Made by a program: the position numbers and the translations under genes
Notes under the pieces: generated by a model
Database searches by the model: none
What the model saw: only the letters and a program-made list of their open reading frames with translations
What the model was told of the DNA's origin: nothing
Assembly: GCF_006345805.1 (NCBI RefSeq)
Contig: NC_043000.1
Coordinates: 5,208,001 to 5,272,000 of the forward strand
DNA: 64,000 bases
From: Octopus sinensis
Taxonomy: Eukaryota
Direction: 5' to 3'
Part shown: piece by piece, positions 37,684 through 50,492 of the stretch
Numbering within the stretch: position 1 is the stretch's first letter
Layout: each line of letters opens with the position of its first letter

Positions 37684-39014
37684 AAAGACTAATTTCTTTC
37701 ACTTCCCATTAACGTAATCCATTCACAAGGCCTTAGTTGGCCTGGGGCTACAGTAGCAGACATATGCCCAAAGTACCACACAATGGGACTGAACCTGAAA
37801 CCTTACAGTTGGGAGGAAGCAAACTTCTTAACCACACAGCCATGTCTGCTCCACATAACATCTAGACAAAGTCGTCTATCACTATGTACATTTAAAATAC
37901 CCAGCACCAAATGATGTCTAGACATAATTAAGCTACCAGCAGCAGCAGCAGCACCACCAGCAGCACCACCATCACCACCACCACCACCACCACCACCACT
38001 TCTGACTTAGAAATTTTGCTCAAGGGTTAAAACCATTGGAGTCAAATGAAGAATATTCTCAGAATATTGGTTGTATCAAAGTATATTAGGTAGCATCTGC
38101 ACACAGTCTATGAAATATTGATTTCAAATTTTGGCACAAGGCCAGGAATTTTGTGAGTGGGTTTAAGTCGATTACATCGTCCCCAATGCTCAGCTGGTAC
38201 TTATTTTATTGACCTTGAAAGGTATGAAAGGCAAAGTCAACCATGGCAAAATTTGAATGTGGAACGTAAAGATGGATGAAATACTGTTTAGCATGCTGCC
38301 CAGTGGACTAAGAGTTCTGCAAGTTTTCTGCCACAAGGGCAACAATTTTAGGGGACGGTGAGGTAAGTCAATGACATTGACCCCAGTACTCAACTGGTAC
38401 TTATTTTATCGACCCTGAATAGATGAAAGGCGAAGTTTGAACTTAGAATGTAAAGATAGATGAAATGTTAGTAAGTCATAGGCGTAGAAGTGACAAGACC
38501 CACACATTTATATAGGATTTTTTCCTTAAGTGTTTTTCTTTCAGCAGGAACATAAAGTTGAGGTAAGAGGGCTCCGAAAGGGGTCTCAGGGAATAGCGTC
38601 CCTGCCTTCCTGAGCTAGTTTTCCACATTTTTTAAAAATCGTGGTAGAGGCCTTAGTCTTGGGACCACTCATGTCTAGAAACTAAAGTTGGGAGTAAGCA
38701 AAGGCATGCAAACACACCCATGTAGATATATATATATATATTTATATATATACATACACATATATAGGACAGTCTTTCCTCAGTTCTCATCAACCAAATC
38801 TACTCACAAGGTTTTGTTAGCTTAAAGCTATAGCAGAATTGTGTGTGTGTGTGTGTGTGTGCATGTATATTCATGCATGTATGTATGTATATACATACAC
38901 ATATATATATATGTGTACGTATATACATAGATACATATATATATATTTACATATATACATATATGTATATATTTACATATATATAGACATACACACACAC
39001 ACACACATGCACAT

Positions 39015-39045
<31 letters not shown>

Positions 39046-39356
39046 AAACAATTACGAAAGACATATATGAGCCTTTCAAAAACACACAAAGACCATTAAC
39101 TCCACATACACATTTATTTTTTGTTGTCAAAATTTCCGTTACAACAGCTGCAACAAAAACTACAATGAAACCATGTCAGTGACCCGGTCACAGTCAGTGA
39201 CCAGGTCACAGTCAGTGTGAGGAAAATCTTGGTATCAAATATTAAATGTTCAAGTGAATACAAACAAGAACTCAATAAAACTAGTAAGTCTAATTTACAT
39301 AACAGTATATGCACTGATAATGTGGATTAATTTATTCCTTGTGCACTACCCACTTC

Positions 39357-39673
39357 GTGGAGGTGCAATGGCCCAGTGGTTAGGGCAGCGGACTCGCAGT
39401 CGGAGGATCGTGGTTTCAATTCCCAGACCGGGCGTTGTGTGTGTTTATTGAGCGAAAACACCCAAAGCTCCTTGAGGCTCTGGCAGTGGGTGGTGGTGAC
39501 CCCTGTTGTACTCTTTCGTCCAAACTTTCTCTCACTCTTTCTTCCTGTTTTTTGAGTAACGCTGCGATGGACCGGCGTCTCGTCCAGCTGCGGGGAACAC
39601 ATACGCCATAGAAACTGGGAAATCGGGCCCATGAGCCTGGCTAGGCTTGAAAAAGGGCGCATAAATAAAAAAA
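39357..39673 (+). mobile_element. SINE family C (variant body 2), full-length
   Basis: tRNA-like head tggcccagtggttagg...gtttcaattcc; TSD actacccacttc at 39345-39356 and 39674-39685. Confidence 0.9.
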
Positions 39674-40848
39674 ACTACCCACTTCATGGTAAAGTTTTGG
39701 AATAATTTGGAATATAAAATATATACCACAAAACAATTAATCACTCCAGAGGTGAGAGAAGATGAGTATTCTTAAGGGTTGGTACTTAAATACAGGTTCA
39801 AGGGATTAAACAGTTAAGTGTTGGATCCCTTTTCAGTATACAATGTCAATACACATATAATAACATTCCCAAATATGCTGGTACTGAAAGGTGAGGGAAA
39901 ACAGTCAGAACGCTCCCAGTTTTTCCATTCACAGACAGATAAAATCTCTAGAGTAACTACCTACTTTGGTTTTCACAGTAGCGCAAAAAATGGTACAGTT
40001 ATTTTAAAAAATAAGGCAATAAGGCATAACTTATATTTCGCATTATTGAAACATGATGGAGGAAAGCATCAGGAATTACTATATATAGGTATGTAAACGG
40101 TTGTGTCTGTATTTATGTTGGTCCGGTGCTGTGCCAAAAAAAATTTGTAATTTAGACATTTGATAAACAGAGATCAATAAAATAAGTACAAGATTGAAAT
40201 GAGCACCATTGTGGAAATGGTTGGCTAAAAATTCCCTAGAAGGCAATGTCCCAGGGTGGCTACTTCCCAGTGACTGAGATTGGTATGATATATGTGTGTG
40301 TGTGTTTATATATTAAATATATATATATGTATACTCATATGTATATAGTTTATATATTAGTTTATATATTATTATATGCATACACACACATATATATATA
40401 TATATAAATACATATATAAATAGTATGCTTATATATAATTTTCATCAATTATATATGTAAAAAGTGTATATAAATATATATATATATATATTTGCATGTT
40501 TTAAGCATATATATGCATTCCACACACACACACACACACACACATGTATGTATATGTGTGTGTGTGTGTGTAAATATATGCATGCATGTGTTAATTGAAG
40601 TATACTGCTATTCTCATACCCACCACCACCACCACCACCACCACCACCACCACCACCACTACCATTATTCAAAAAGTGAAATAATAATAATAGTAATAAA
40701 AAAAGATCCAAAGACAACTACTATTACACAACCAAAAGCTGTAAACATGTTCTGCAATTGTAAATATACTCTGTGTGTATTCATTTAATATCTTTTGATC
40801 AATATTTGAACCAATCTAGTTCATATTTCTCACCTTTTCTAGCTCTGG

Positions 40849-40905
<57 letters not shown>

Positions 40906-41053
40906 CCTCTTTCTTTCTCTCTTCCTCTGACTCCCTTTCTCTCTCTAAATCTTTTCTAACTCTCTTACAAAATCTATTCCACTCTGCCTTTCCCTAAAAC
41001 CAACCAACTCCAACTAACTCCACCCTCTGTCTACATATATACAAACGCACACA

Positions 41054-41093
<40 letters not shown>

Positions 41094-42129
41094 TATACAT
41101 ATACTCATACATACATATACATATACACACATACATATTATATATATACATAATATATTTATATAAATGTATATATACATACTTATATTATACATATACA
41201 TATATTATATATATGATATATATATATATGTATAGATAGGTACATATATATACACACGCATACATACACTCATGTGCACACTTCTCTTTCACATTCACAC
41301 ATGCACTCTCTCTACATACTTTCTCTTTATCTTTTTCTGGCTAATTTTCTCTCCCACTCTCATTGTCTCTCTCTCTCTCTCTCTCTCTCTTTTTCTCTGT
41401 CTGTCTTGCTCTCCCTCCTTCTGGCTCACCTCCCTCTCTCTCTCTCTCACTCTCTCTCTGTCCAGCGGACACTGATAGAAAATAATCCTGATTTGTGCAA
41501 AACACTTTTGTTTCTGTCAGGTTGATGGAACAAATAATTGAATTTCCATATTATTCCTTGGCAATTCTTAGCCATGCAAATAATATCATTAAGTATTGAT
41601 TTAACCCCTTCCCAAGCAGTCCAAGAATAATAACAAACAATCAAAACATAGGGATCAAAAAGAAACACAGGAAGAAACATACAAACAATATTGGCTGCAC
41701 ATCTTATAAATCTACAATTAAGATCTTATTATATTTTTCATAGTACAACCATATTGGCCATTTATGAAATATGCAAGCATGAGTATAAACAGCTGCCTGC
41801 ATTCACATCTGCATGCACATCTGCATTCACATGTGCATTCACATATCTACGTGCACATACAAAAACAAATGCATCATTATAATTTCGTTTTTATTTATGT
41901 TTTGGTTTTGATCTGGAATAAGAGGCGATAGGTAGGTGGAACTGTTAAGCCCTGTAAGACAATTCACCTACGTAAAAGCTACTCCAGAGTAAAACCTACA
42001 AATTGCTGGTCACCACAGCCACTTTAGCCTACTGAGCCACTGTGGTCAGTCTTCCAAGTCCAGAGTCGGATCAAATTGCACAAACTAACTCTTACTTTAA
42101 AACTGTTAAGTACAGGCAGAAAGAAAAAC

Positions 42130-42660
42130 TTTGCAGTGTGAAGAATTGGTTCAAATAGCCACTTGAGGATGTACCACTCTTCCTCGTGACCTTTGGCCAT
42201 AAAAATACTGCTGTCATCAAGAGGCTATATCTATAGCCATTGTGGAATCTCTAAGACTAGTGTGACAGTTGTTCTGCTTGAATTACTTTGAGTCAGCAGC
42301 AGGAAGGAAAATATATGCAAGCATGGAGGGAATACAGAAAGTTGCATCTCCTAAGGTGAAGGCCTGAGAATTGTGGTCACTGCAGAGCTGAGGTGGTTTG
42401 GAGACAGTTTTTCATGGTTAGAGGAGGGCTGAGTCTCTGAGACAGTTATGAGTGCCAGAATGGAGGTAGCACAAGATAAAGAATTGGTAACCATGTGGTC
42501 CAGTACTACATAGTTATGGTCAAGTGACTGACAACTAAACCACCCCAACTGGGCCTGCCCAATGTGGAGGGTGTGTGGCCACCCAGTAGGCTTAAAAAGA
42601 CTTGTCAAAAGTAAATGAGCCCCTAAAAAGCCAATTGCACCCATGTCCTGGGAAGGAGAT
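42130..42660 (-). pseudogene. Possible highly decayed LINE endonuclease (APE) region
   Basis: Minus ORF contains ILALITVSETQ, resembling the APE I...SET motif; otherwise frameshifted. Confidence 0.25.
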
Positions 42661-44850
42661 GAGCACCACCAAGATTACCAAGCTCCGTGACATATTTGAA
42701 TGGATGTGACATCATCATCATCGTCATCATCATTTGATATCCATTTTCCATACATGCATGGGTTGGACGGTTTCACAGGAGATGGTAAGTGAGATGACTG
42801 CACCAAAATCCAATGTCTGGACACCAATATTTAATTCTATAATTAACTGGTCAAGGCCTGGGTCATAAAGAAACCAAAAGACCAAGAAGATCAGAAAAGA
42901 ATGATAAAATATCTTGATAATCAATAGCAGCAATTCAATGGGAAGAACTCAAATTGACTGATAGAGAAGGAAGAAGCTTGCAGCAAGGGATGTTTGCAAC
43001 ATAAGTTTAAATCCCAGCAGAGGCTTTTCATCTCATTTCATTTCTTGTATATCATCAGTCTGTAAAGAGATAGGATCTATTAGGCTCTCTTGATTTTGAC
43101 ACATGCTATATGATAATCAAAATCAATATGATAGCAGTATAAATAATAATAACCAAAATGATTAACAACTGATGGTCTAGTGACCTATAAAGGAAACCAA
43201 ATGTAAATGTAGTGAAAGCACAGAAGGCTTTGAATACATTTACAGACTGCAGTTTAGACCCGGTTTTGAAGTACTATAACCAGGAAAGAAACAAATATTC
43301 CTGTGGCTAGGATACTATCCAAAAGAATAGTTAAACAGACAAGGGATGGATCCCTTTCGACATATGCTGCCAATGCACACAAGATAATATTCTCAGATGA
43401 TTCTGTACCTAAACCCAACAGTTTGGTGAACTGAGGTACATAAGATAAATTGCACTGCCCATATGCAGATTTGAACTCAAGATCTGAGGTAACCCTCTTA
43501 AATGAACTAATATTTCTATATCTAATATAAGGCTCTTCTACTTGTCTGTTTTAGTAATTTCCCTTCTCCACATCCTATAAGTAATTAAATATTGGCATTC
43601 TTTTATAGAAATTTTATACAAGAATTTAAGAAAAAACAGACTATAATTTTTCTCTGTCTACTAAAATAGCAATGTAAAATTTCTTTTTGTTTTTGTTTTC
43701 TAAGTGTTACATGAATTCTTCCTTCTGTTTTTTTCTTCAAAAATTACAAATAGGATTGGCAGACATATTTATTTAATGTACAAATTAATCTAATTGTTTC
43801 TAATTTAGCCCAAGGCCAACAATCTCAAGGGTTGGGGGAGCTACATGATTACGTTGACCCTAGCACTTGACTACTACTTCATTTTATCAAATCCCCCTCC
43901 TCCACCCCACCACCACTACAAGAAAAAAAAAGATGCAAGGTAACTTTGACAGGATTTGAACTTGAAGTGCAGAGAACAATTACTGCAAAGCAATCAATCC
44001 AATACTCTAATGACACTGTAAGTCAATTAGTCTAAAAATTTATTTAATAATAAATAAAGTTAATTCCTAAAGCAGTGAACTGTCAAAGAGGGTGAAGTGA
44101 TGGAGTCATTAGAAGATCAAATAGAATGCCTTGTGGTGTTTGTTCTGGCCCTTGGCACCCTCAGTTATAGCCCATCAGGGAAACCTTTATTTATTGTCCT
44201 TCTGTTGTCAATAAATAAATTACCAGTCCAGAATAGTAGATTAGTGAAATTAATAGAACATTGGATAGGAAGCTTTGTAGTATCTGTTCCAACATTTTGC
44301 ATTCTTCATTCACATTTCGTTGTCTGTCACTGGCCTTCTCATAGCACCAAATGGGTCCCTTAAGACCTTGCTAACAGAGACAGCCCTCCAATGTCAAACA
44401 GAATGGTACATATGTTGGTTGAATAACTGTCATATCAATAAAAACATGGTTATATGCATAAAGCAGGATAAAAACAAGGAGAGGAAACAGAAAACATTTG
44501 ATTCTTTAAAGTCTGTTTGGTGAGAGACAAATACATGGTTCAAATCCCATCAGTGAAGTCTCCTCTTTATCTTTTCAGCCTCAAATTGCAAATCATAATT
44601 AGATTTATGTTAAAGTCTTTTCCATCCTATTATAAATGTGATGTAAATCGAAAGACAAATGCTTATGATGATCAGAATATGAAACTCTGCAGCTGAGGTT
44701 GCTTATATAAACATAACCAACTGCAGAGTTAATATCCCCAAAATGATTGGATGAATAACATACATAGGTATATACCTATACACATATATACACATACATG
44801 CATATATATCAGTATATTTATCTACCTATATATCTATACATATATATATA

Positions 44851-45054
44851 TACTCTTTTTACTCTCTCTCTTTTACTTGTTTCAGTCATTTGACTGCGGC
44901 CATGCTGGAGCACCACCTTTAGTTGAGCAAATCAACCCCGGGACTTATTCTTTGTAAGCCCAGTACTTATTCTATCGGTCTCTTTTGCCGAACCGCTAAG
45001 TGACGGGGACGTAAACACACCAGCATCGGTTGTCAAGCAATGCTAGGGGGACAA

Positions 45055-45093
<39 letters not shown>

Positions 45094-45248
45094 CGACAGG
45101 CTTCTTTCAGTTTCCATCTACCAAATCCACTCACATTGGTCGGCCCGGGGCTATAGCAGAAGACACTTGCCCAAGATGCCACGCAGTGGGACTGAACCCG
45201 GAACCATGTGGCTGGTTAGCAAGCTACTTACCACACAGCCACTCCTGC
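44851..45248 (-). mobile_element. SINE family A, full-length
   Basis: Reverse complement of the 31716 copy with a short internal deletion. Confidence 0.9.
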
Positions 45249-46406
45249 TGTATATATCCATATATACATAAGAGTATGTTTATAATGTAAATACAAGACC
45301 AGTAGCTTTGAAGGGTTGTTAAAGGTTGATACTTAAACATCTTTCCATGAGACTAAACAGGTGATAGAAGAATAGATCCCTTTCAGCATAGAATGCCAAT
45401 ATACATAAGATAACATTCCCAGAAGAGATGGTACCTAAACCCAAAAGCTTGGTGAACAGAGGTATATAAAATTAAGTGAACAGCCAAAATACATAAAATA
45501 CATTCAGTGGATCTGAACTCATGGTCTGCCAATACCATATCCACTTGGCCATTATACTTCTCCAAAATGTACCAGTTACGCACTGGGGTTGATGTAATCA
45601 ACTTAATTCCTTTGTCTGTCCTTGTTTATCCCCTCTATGTTTAGCCCCTTGTGGGCAATAAAGAAATAAATGTCACTGTCATAAAGAAATGACCTTCATT
45701 TCCAATTTTCAGTAAAAAGATCTCTGGCCATATGGAAGTTGGCTTAACTTAAAAACAGGCAAGGGTTGGGTACAGGAAGAGCATCTGGCCATAGAAAATC
45801 TGCCTCAACAAATTATGCTTGACCCATGCAAGTATGAAAAAGTGGATGTTAATATGACAACTAAAAAAATTAAATGCATGAATACACAATGAAATACTGT
45901 GAGCTGATTTGAACCCAGAAACAATGAGCTGGTAGTCCAATAATTGCTTGCCCATTCAGCTTCCATATAGACAATAGGTTATTATGATATCATAATTGAT
46001 AATTCTGTTATTGATTTACCATTAGAGGTAAGTAATAGTTAATGCTGTTCCCCCTATCCACATTAATATGAAATATGTCGTTATAATTTAATGGTGCATA
46101 TAAGTGCTTACCATTTGTCACAAAAGGCTACACAACACAAATATGTAGGGGAGAAGGACAGTTATTTGAATAAAGCTCAATATACGGGTGCTAATTATTT
46201 TATGAACTCTAGAAGAAGGAAATGGTAAAGTGAGCCCGTGATGGGAAATTAACCTCCCCACACCCCCACCCCGACCATTTCTGCCTCCAACTGCACTTAG
46301 ATTATTTTAACGACCCTAGTGGGATGAAAGGCAAGGCTAACCTCTGTTGGATTTGAAGTAAGACTATAAAGAACTAGAAACATGTTAGCACATATCTTTA
46401 TATATA

Positions 46407-46802
46407 CTAGCAGTATCGCCTGGCGTTGCTCGGGTTTGTAAGGGAAATAACTATATAAGCATTTTTAGAGAGTTATAGCAAAAAAATAGCAAAAAATGCA
46501 TTAAAAATGGAAAAAAAATTATGGTAAATTTTTTTTTATATCGTTGACTCATCGTAGACATTTTAGAGAGTTACTTCCCTTATATAATAGCGAAAAAATG
46601 CATTAAAATGGAAAAAAATTATGGTAAATTTTTTTTAAAATCGTAGACTCATCATAGACGTGCGCTAATACCCAGAAGGGCTCGATATGAATCACGACTA
46701 TAAGATACCCGGTTTTGGTTAAACTGCACCGCAAAATGTGGGAGTAGTTAGGAATCTAAATCGTAGGAGACAGACACACAACCTTACTTTTATATATAAA
46801 GA
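46407..46802 (-). mobile_element. Non-autonomous Helitron, second copy
   Basis: Same termini as 21017-21533; internal ~100-bp tandem duplication. Confidence 0.8.
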
Positions 46803-47254
46803 TATTAGCAACAGAGGCATCCTTTGGAAGGATGAAAGACAGATGTGGCCTCAACAAGATTCAAACGTAGAACATAAAGGGGGCATAGTAAAAGACTGAA
46901 AGATATTTTGTCTAGCTCCCTAATGTTGAGTTCATGTTTCATTGTCTTGACAAGGAGGAATTTCAACCGTGTTTCGTGGTCTGCTACCACAACAGCTCCT
47001 TTGTAAGATCCAGTTAGCTCAAGACATCATCAGGAGAAACCACAACCGGTTTCGGCCCCTACTCCTCTACCGTTTTGACGTGGTGGGGGCCCCTCCTTTC
47101 GGAGGTGTCTTCAGCTCTGGTGTTGGGTGCATGTCTTCTTTCTTCTGTTCCCTCAACATCAACTCAACACTTGAATAAACTATGCTGCCCAAGACGGCAG
47201 AAAAAACTCACTACATGGTCACCTATCATGCTAGTAATAATCTCCTTTGAGTTA

Positions 47255-47607
47255 TCCATCCATCCATCCATCCATCCAATCCATCCATCCATCCATCCAC
47301 CCACCCACCCACCCATCCATTCATCCATCCATCCATCCACCCACCCCCACCCATCCACCCACCCACCCACCCATCCATCCATCCATCCACCACCCATCCA
47401 CCCACCCACCCATCCACCCATGCATCCATCCACCCATCCACACATCCACCCATCCATCCATCCATCCATCCACCCACCCACCATCCATCCATCCACCCAC
47501 CCATCCATCCACCCACCATCCATCCATCATCCATCCATCCATCCATCCATCCCCCACCCACCCACCCATCCATCCATCCATCCATCCATCCATCCATCCA
47601 TACATCC
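47255..47607. repeat. (CCAT)n/(CCAC)n tetranucleotide array
   Basis: Directly visible. Confidence 0.95.
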
Positions 47608-49112
47608 ATGCATGCATGCATGCACACACATGTATATATACACAAATTCTTTTATTCTCTTATTCTCTCCTGAGAAATAGAATTTACTCCCACTTAAATG
47701 TGGATGTTCTGTTAGAATAAGCTATACTGAGGTGAATACTATGAGAGAAACTCTCGTATTGACCTTTGCTGTAACATGCACTCTTGTTTATAGCACTAAT
47801 GGGGAGATAAATCCCCATCATCTTCAGGACTGAGACCACCAGATCATGTGACTTGAACCTTCTTTGGCTGCTGCTATCTCTAGCAGCCAATTGTCCATCG
47901 TTGACACAAAACATACACGATTTAGTGGGGATGAATATTACCTCTCAGTAAGATGTGTGTTCTGATGCTCTAACGATTCTGTGAATTCGATAAAAGCAAC
48001 AGGCCAGAGAGGAAGTCTCTATATGGTTGCTTAATCTACTAGAAATAGCAGCTGAATGTTCAAATGACACACTCAGCTATCCATTTCAGGAAAAAAAAAA
48101 ATTAATAGAAAGGTGTATTGAATATGCACCTGGAGAAAGAAAAGGAGGTAGGGCAACACCAGCAACAACAACAATGTCGTATAATGGTGATGACAATTAA
48201 GATAATGATGATGATGATGATGATGATGATGATGGTAATGATGATGATGAAAGCAAATTACCATGAAGTAAAACAACAATAGTAAAAAAAAAAGGGGAAA
48301 AAAATCCCCCTTAAGTGGTGATGTTAAGTAATAAAGTGTTTTTATGTCTAATTCACAAAGTAGACAATTGTAGCTGTTTGTAACCATGGCGATAATAAAA
48401 ATGGGAGGAGCAGGAAGAGGAGGAAAAAAGGAGTAGGAGGAAGGGGAGGAGAAGGCGGAGCAATATTGCAATATCTAAGAATATTATACTATTCCGTTTT
48501 TTTTTCCTCTTTCTTCATATTTTTTCGCATTTTTCTATTTCCTCTTCCTCCTCCCCTTCTTCTTCCTCCCCTTCTTTTTCTTCTTCTTTCTCTCCAACCC
48601 CCAATCCCTTCCTTCCACCTCCTTTTCATCCACTCCCTACGCATTTTTTTTTTTTTTTTCAATACAAACAGATTTATTGAATAAGCGAGGCCATGGAGTA
48701 AATGTCTGGGTTTCTAAATAGCTTTACAAATCAATCAGTACAGATGGCAGACACCAAAAAGAAAGATGAAATAAGCAGGTTATTAAAAAAATACATGCAT
48801 TTACAGACATATTTAAAAAAAAAAAATTTCCTTCTTCATTTATGTGTGTGTGTGTGTGTGTGTTTGGTTTATATTTGCACTTAACTTAAACACATGTGTA
48901 CACACATATCTGCAAATGTAAGCAAACAAACATGTACGTTAACACTTGAATAAACATTTGTACTATGCTGCCCAAGATGGCAGAAAAAACGCACTACATG
49001 GTCACCTATCATGCTAGTAATAGCAACAAAATCTCCTTTGAATTATACATACATGCATCCACCCATACGTACATATATGCATACACCCACACACACATAT
49101 ATATATGCACAC

Positions 49113-49800
49113 ATTCTTTTATTCTTTTACTTGTTTCAGTCATTTGACTGTGGCCATGCTGGAGCACCGTCTTTAGTTGAACAAATTGACCCCAGAACTT
49201 ATTGTTTGTTAGCCTAGTACTTATTCTATCAGTCTCTTATCTGAACTGCTAAGTTACAAGGATGTAAACATATCCACATCAGTTGTCAAGCGATGTTGGG
49301 GGACAAACAGACACACAAACATATACACACACATACATACATACATGCATATACATATACATATATATATAATCTATCTATATATATATATATATGCACA
49401 CACAACAGGCTTCTTTCAGTTTCCATCTACCAAATCCACTCACAAGGCTGTGGTCGGCCCGAGGCTATAGTAGAAGACACTTGCCCAAGGTGCCATGCAG
49501 TGGGAATGAACCCAGAAGCATGTGGTTGGTAAGCAAGCTACTTACCACACAGCCACTCCTGCACCTAATACACATATTTATCTTTTATCTTTTACTTTTT
49601 TTAGTCATTTGACTGTGGCCATGCTGCAGCACCACCTTGAAGGGTTTTAGTCAAATGAATCAAGCCCAGCACCTATTTTTTGTTTAAAGCTTGGTTCTTA
49701 TTTTGTCAGTCTTTTTGTCAAACCGTTTAGTTACAGGGATGTAAACAAACCAACAGCATTTGTCAAGTGGTGGTGAGGGAAAAACACAAACACAGAGACA
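49113..49800 (-). mobile_element. SINE family A full copy (49113-49565) plus adjacent right-half copy (49580-49800)
   Basis: Homology to 31716. Confidence 0.8.
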
Positions 49801-49926
49801 TACACACATAGATATATATTTATATATATACATGTATGTGTGTGTGTGTGTGTATATAAATATGTGTATAAAAAACACATTAAAACTAATGGTCATTACA
49901 TAGTTTTCCTTTATTGGAGCAAATTT

Positions 49927-50051
49927 GGCTTACAGCTGTTTCCAGTAGTCATTATGGGTACATTACTGACGGATTTACCCAATTGGTCTATTGATCAGTT
50001 GAGAAAAAATTGGAAGTCCTAAGAAAGTTAATGCTACTTTCATCAGAGTCC
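49927..50051 (-). ncRNA. Type I hammerhead ribozyme with extended helix II
   Basis: Minus: ggact CTGATGA (50046-50040) a AGTAG CATTA ...~74 nt... TAATG a CTACT g GAAA (49942-49939) CAGCTG TA / agcc; AATAAA 16 nt after the cleavage site. Confidence 0.65.
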
Positions 50052-50074
50052 TTTTGATAATTCCTCACTATTAG

Positions 50075-50137
<63 letters not shown>

Positions 50138-50138
<1 letters not shown>

Positions 50139-50454
50139 GTTATCAGTAATAATATAGGGTGAAATCAATTAATTTGGAATAATCATTAATTTCACCAAGT
50201 AGATTTCGGCATGTAAAAGCCCCATTCGAGGAAAGTTTAAGTAATACTAAATAATTAAGGGTTTAGCAACGATTTGCCTCACCACACACCGAGTTTAGAA
50301 ATAGCTATTCCTTCTACTAAAAGGGAGATCTCAGTAAAACCACAGCGGTGGTTTTACTGAGATCTCCCTTTTAGTAGAAGGAATAGATATAACCCTTTGA
50401 CTGCTATTTCTAAACTCGGTGTGTGGTGAGGCAAATCGTTGCTAAACCCTTAAT

Positions 50455-50456
<2 letters not shown>
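50138..50456. mobile_element. PLE-like fold-back element (92-bp inverted repeat, 4-nt loop, 17-nt bulge, one-sided extension)
   Basis: 50252-50343 pairs with 50348-50456; (TA)n on both flanks. Confidence 0.65.

Positions 50457-50492
<36 letters not shown>

Noticed and set aside
39357-39435. tRNA gene-like sequences (heads of SINE A, B, C)
   Set aside because: No complete cloverleaf; continue into SINE bodies with tails and TSDs
50195-50231. Possible hammerhead (minus GGC-loop-GCC-GAAA) in the fold-back extension
   Set aside because: Upstream core TCGAATG and helix III deviate too much to support
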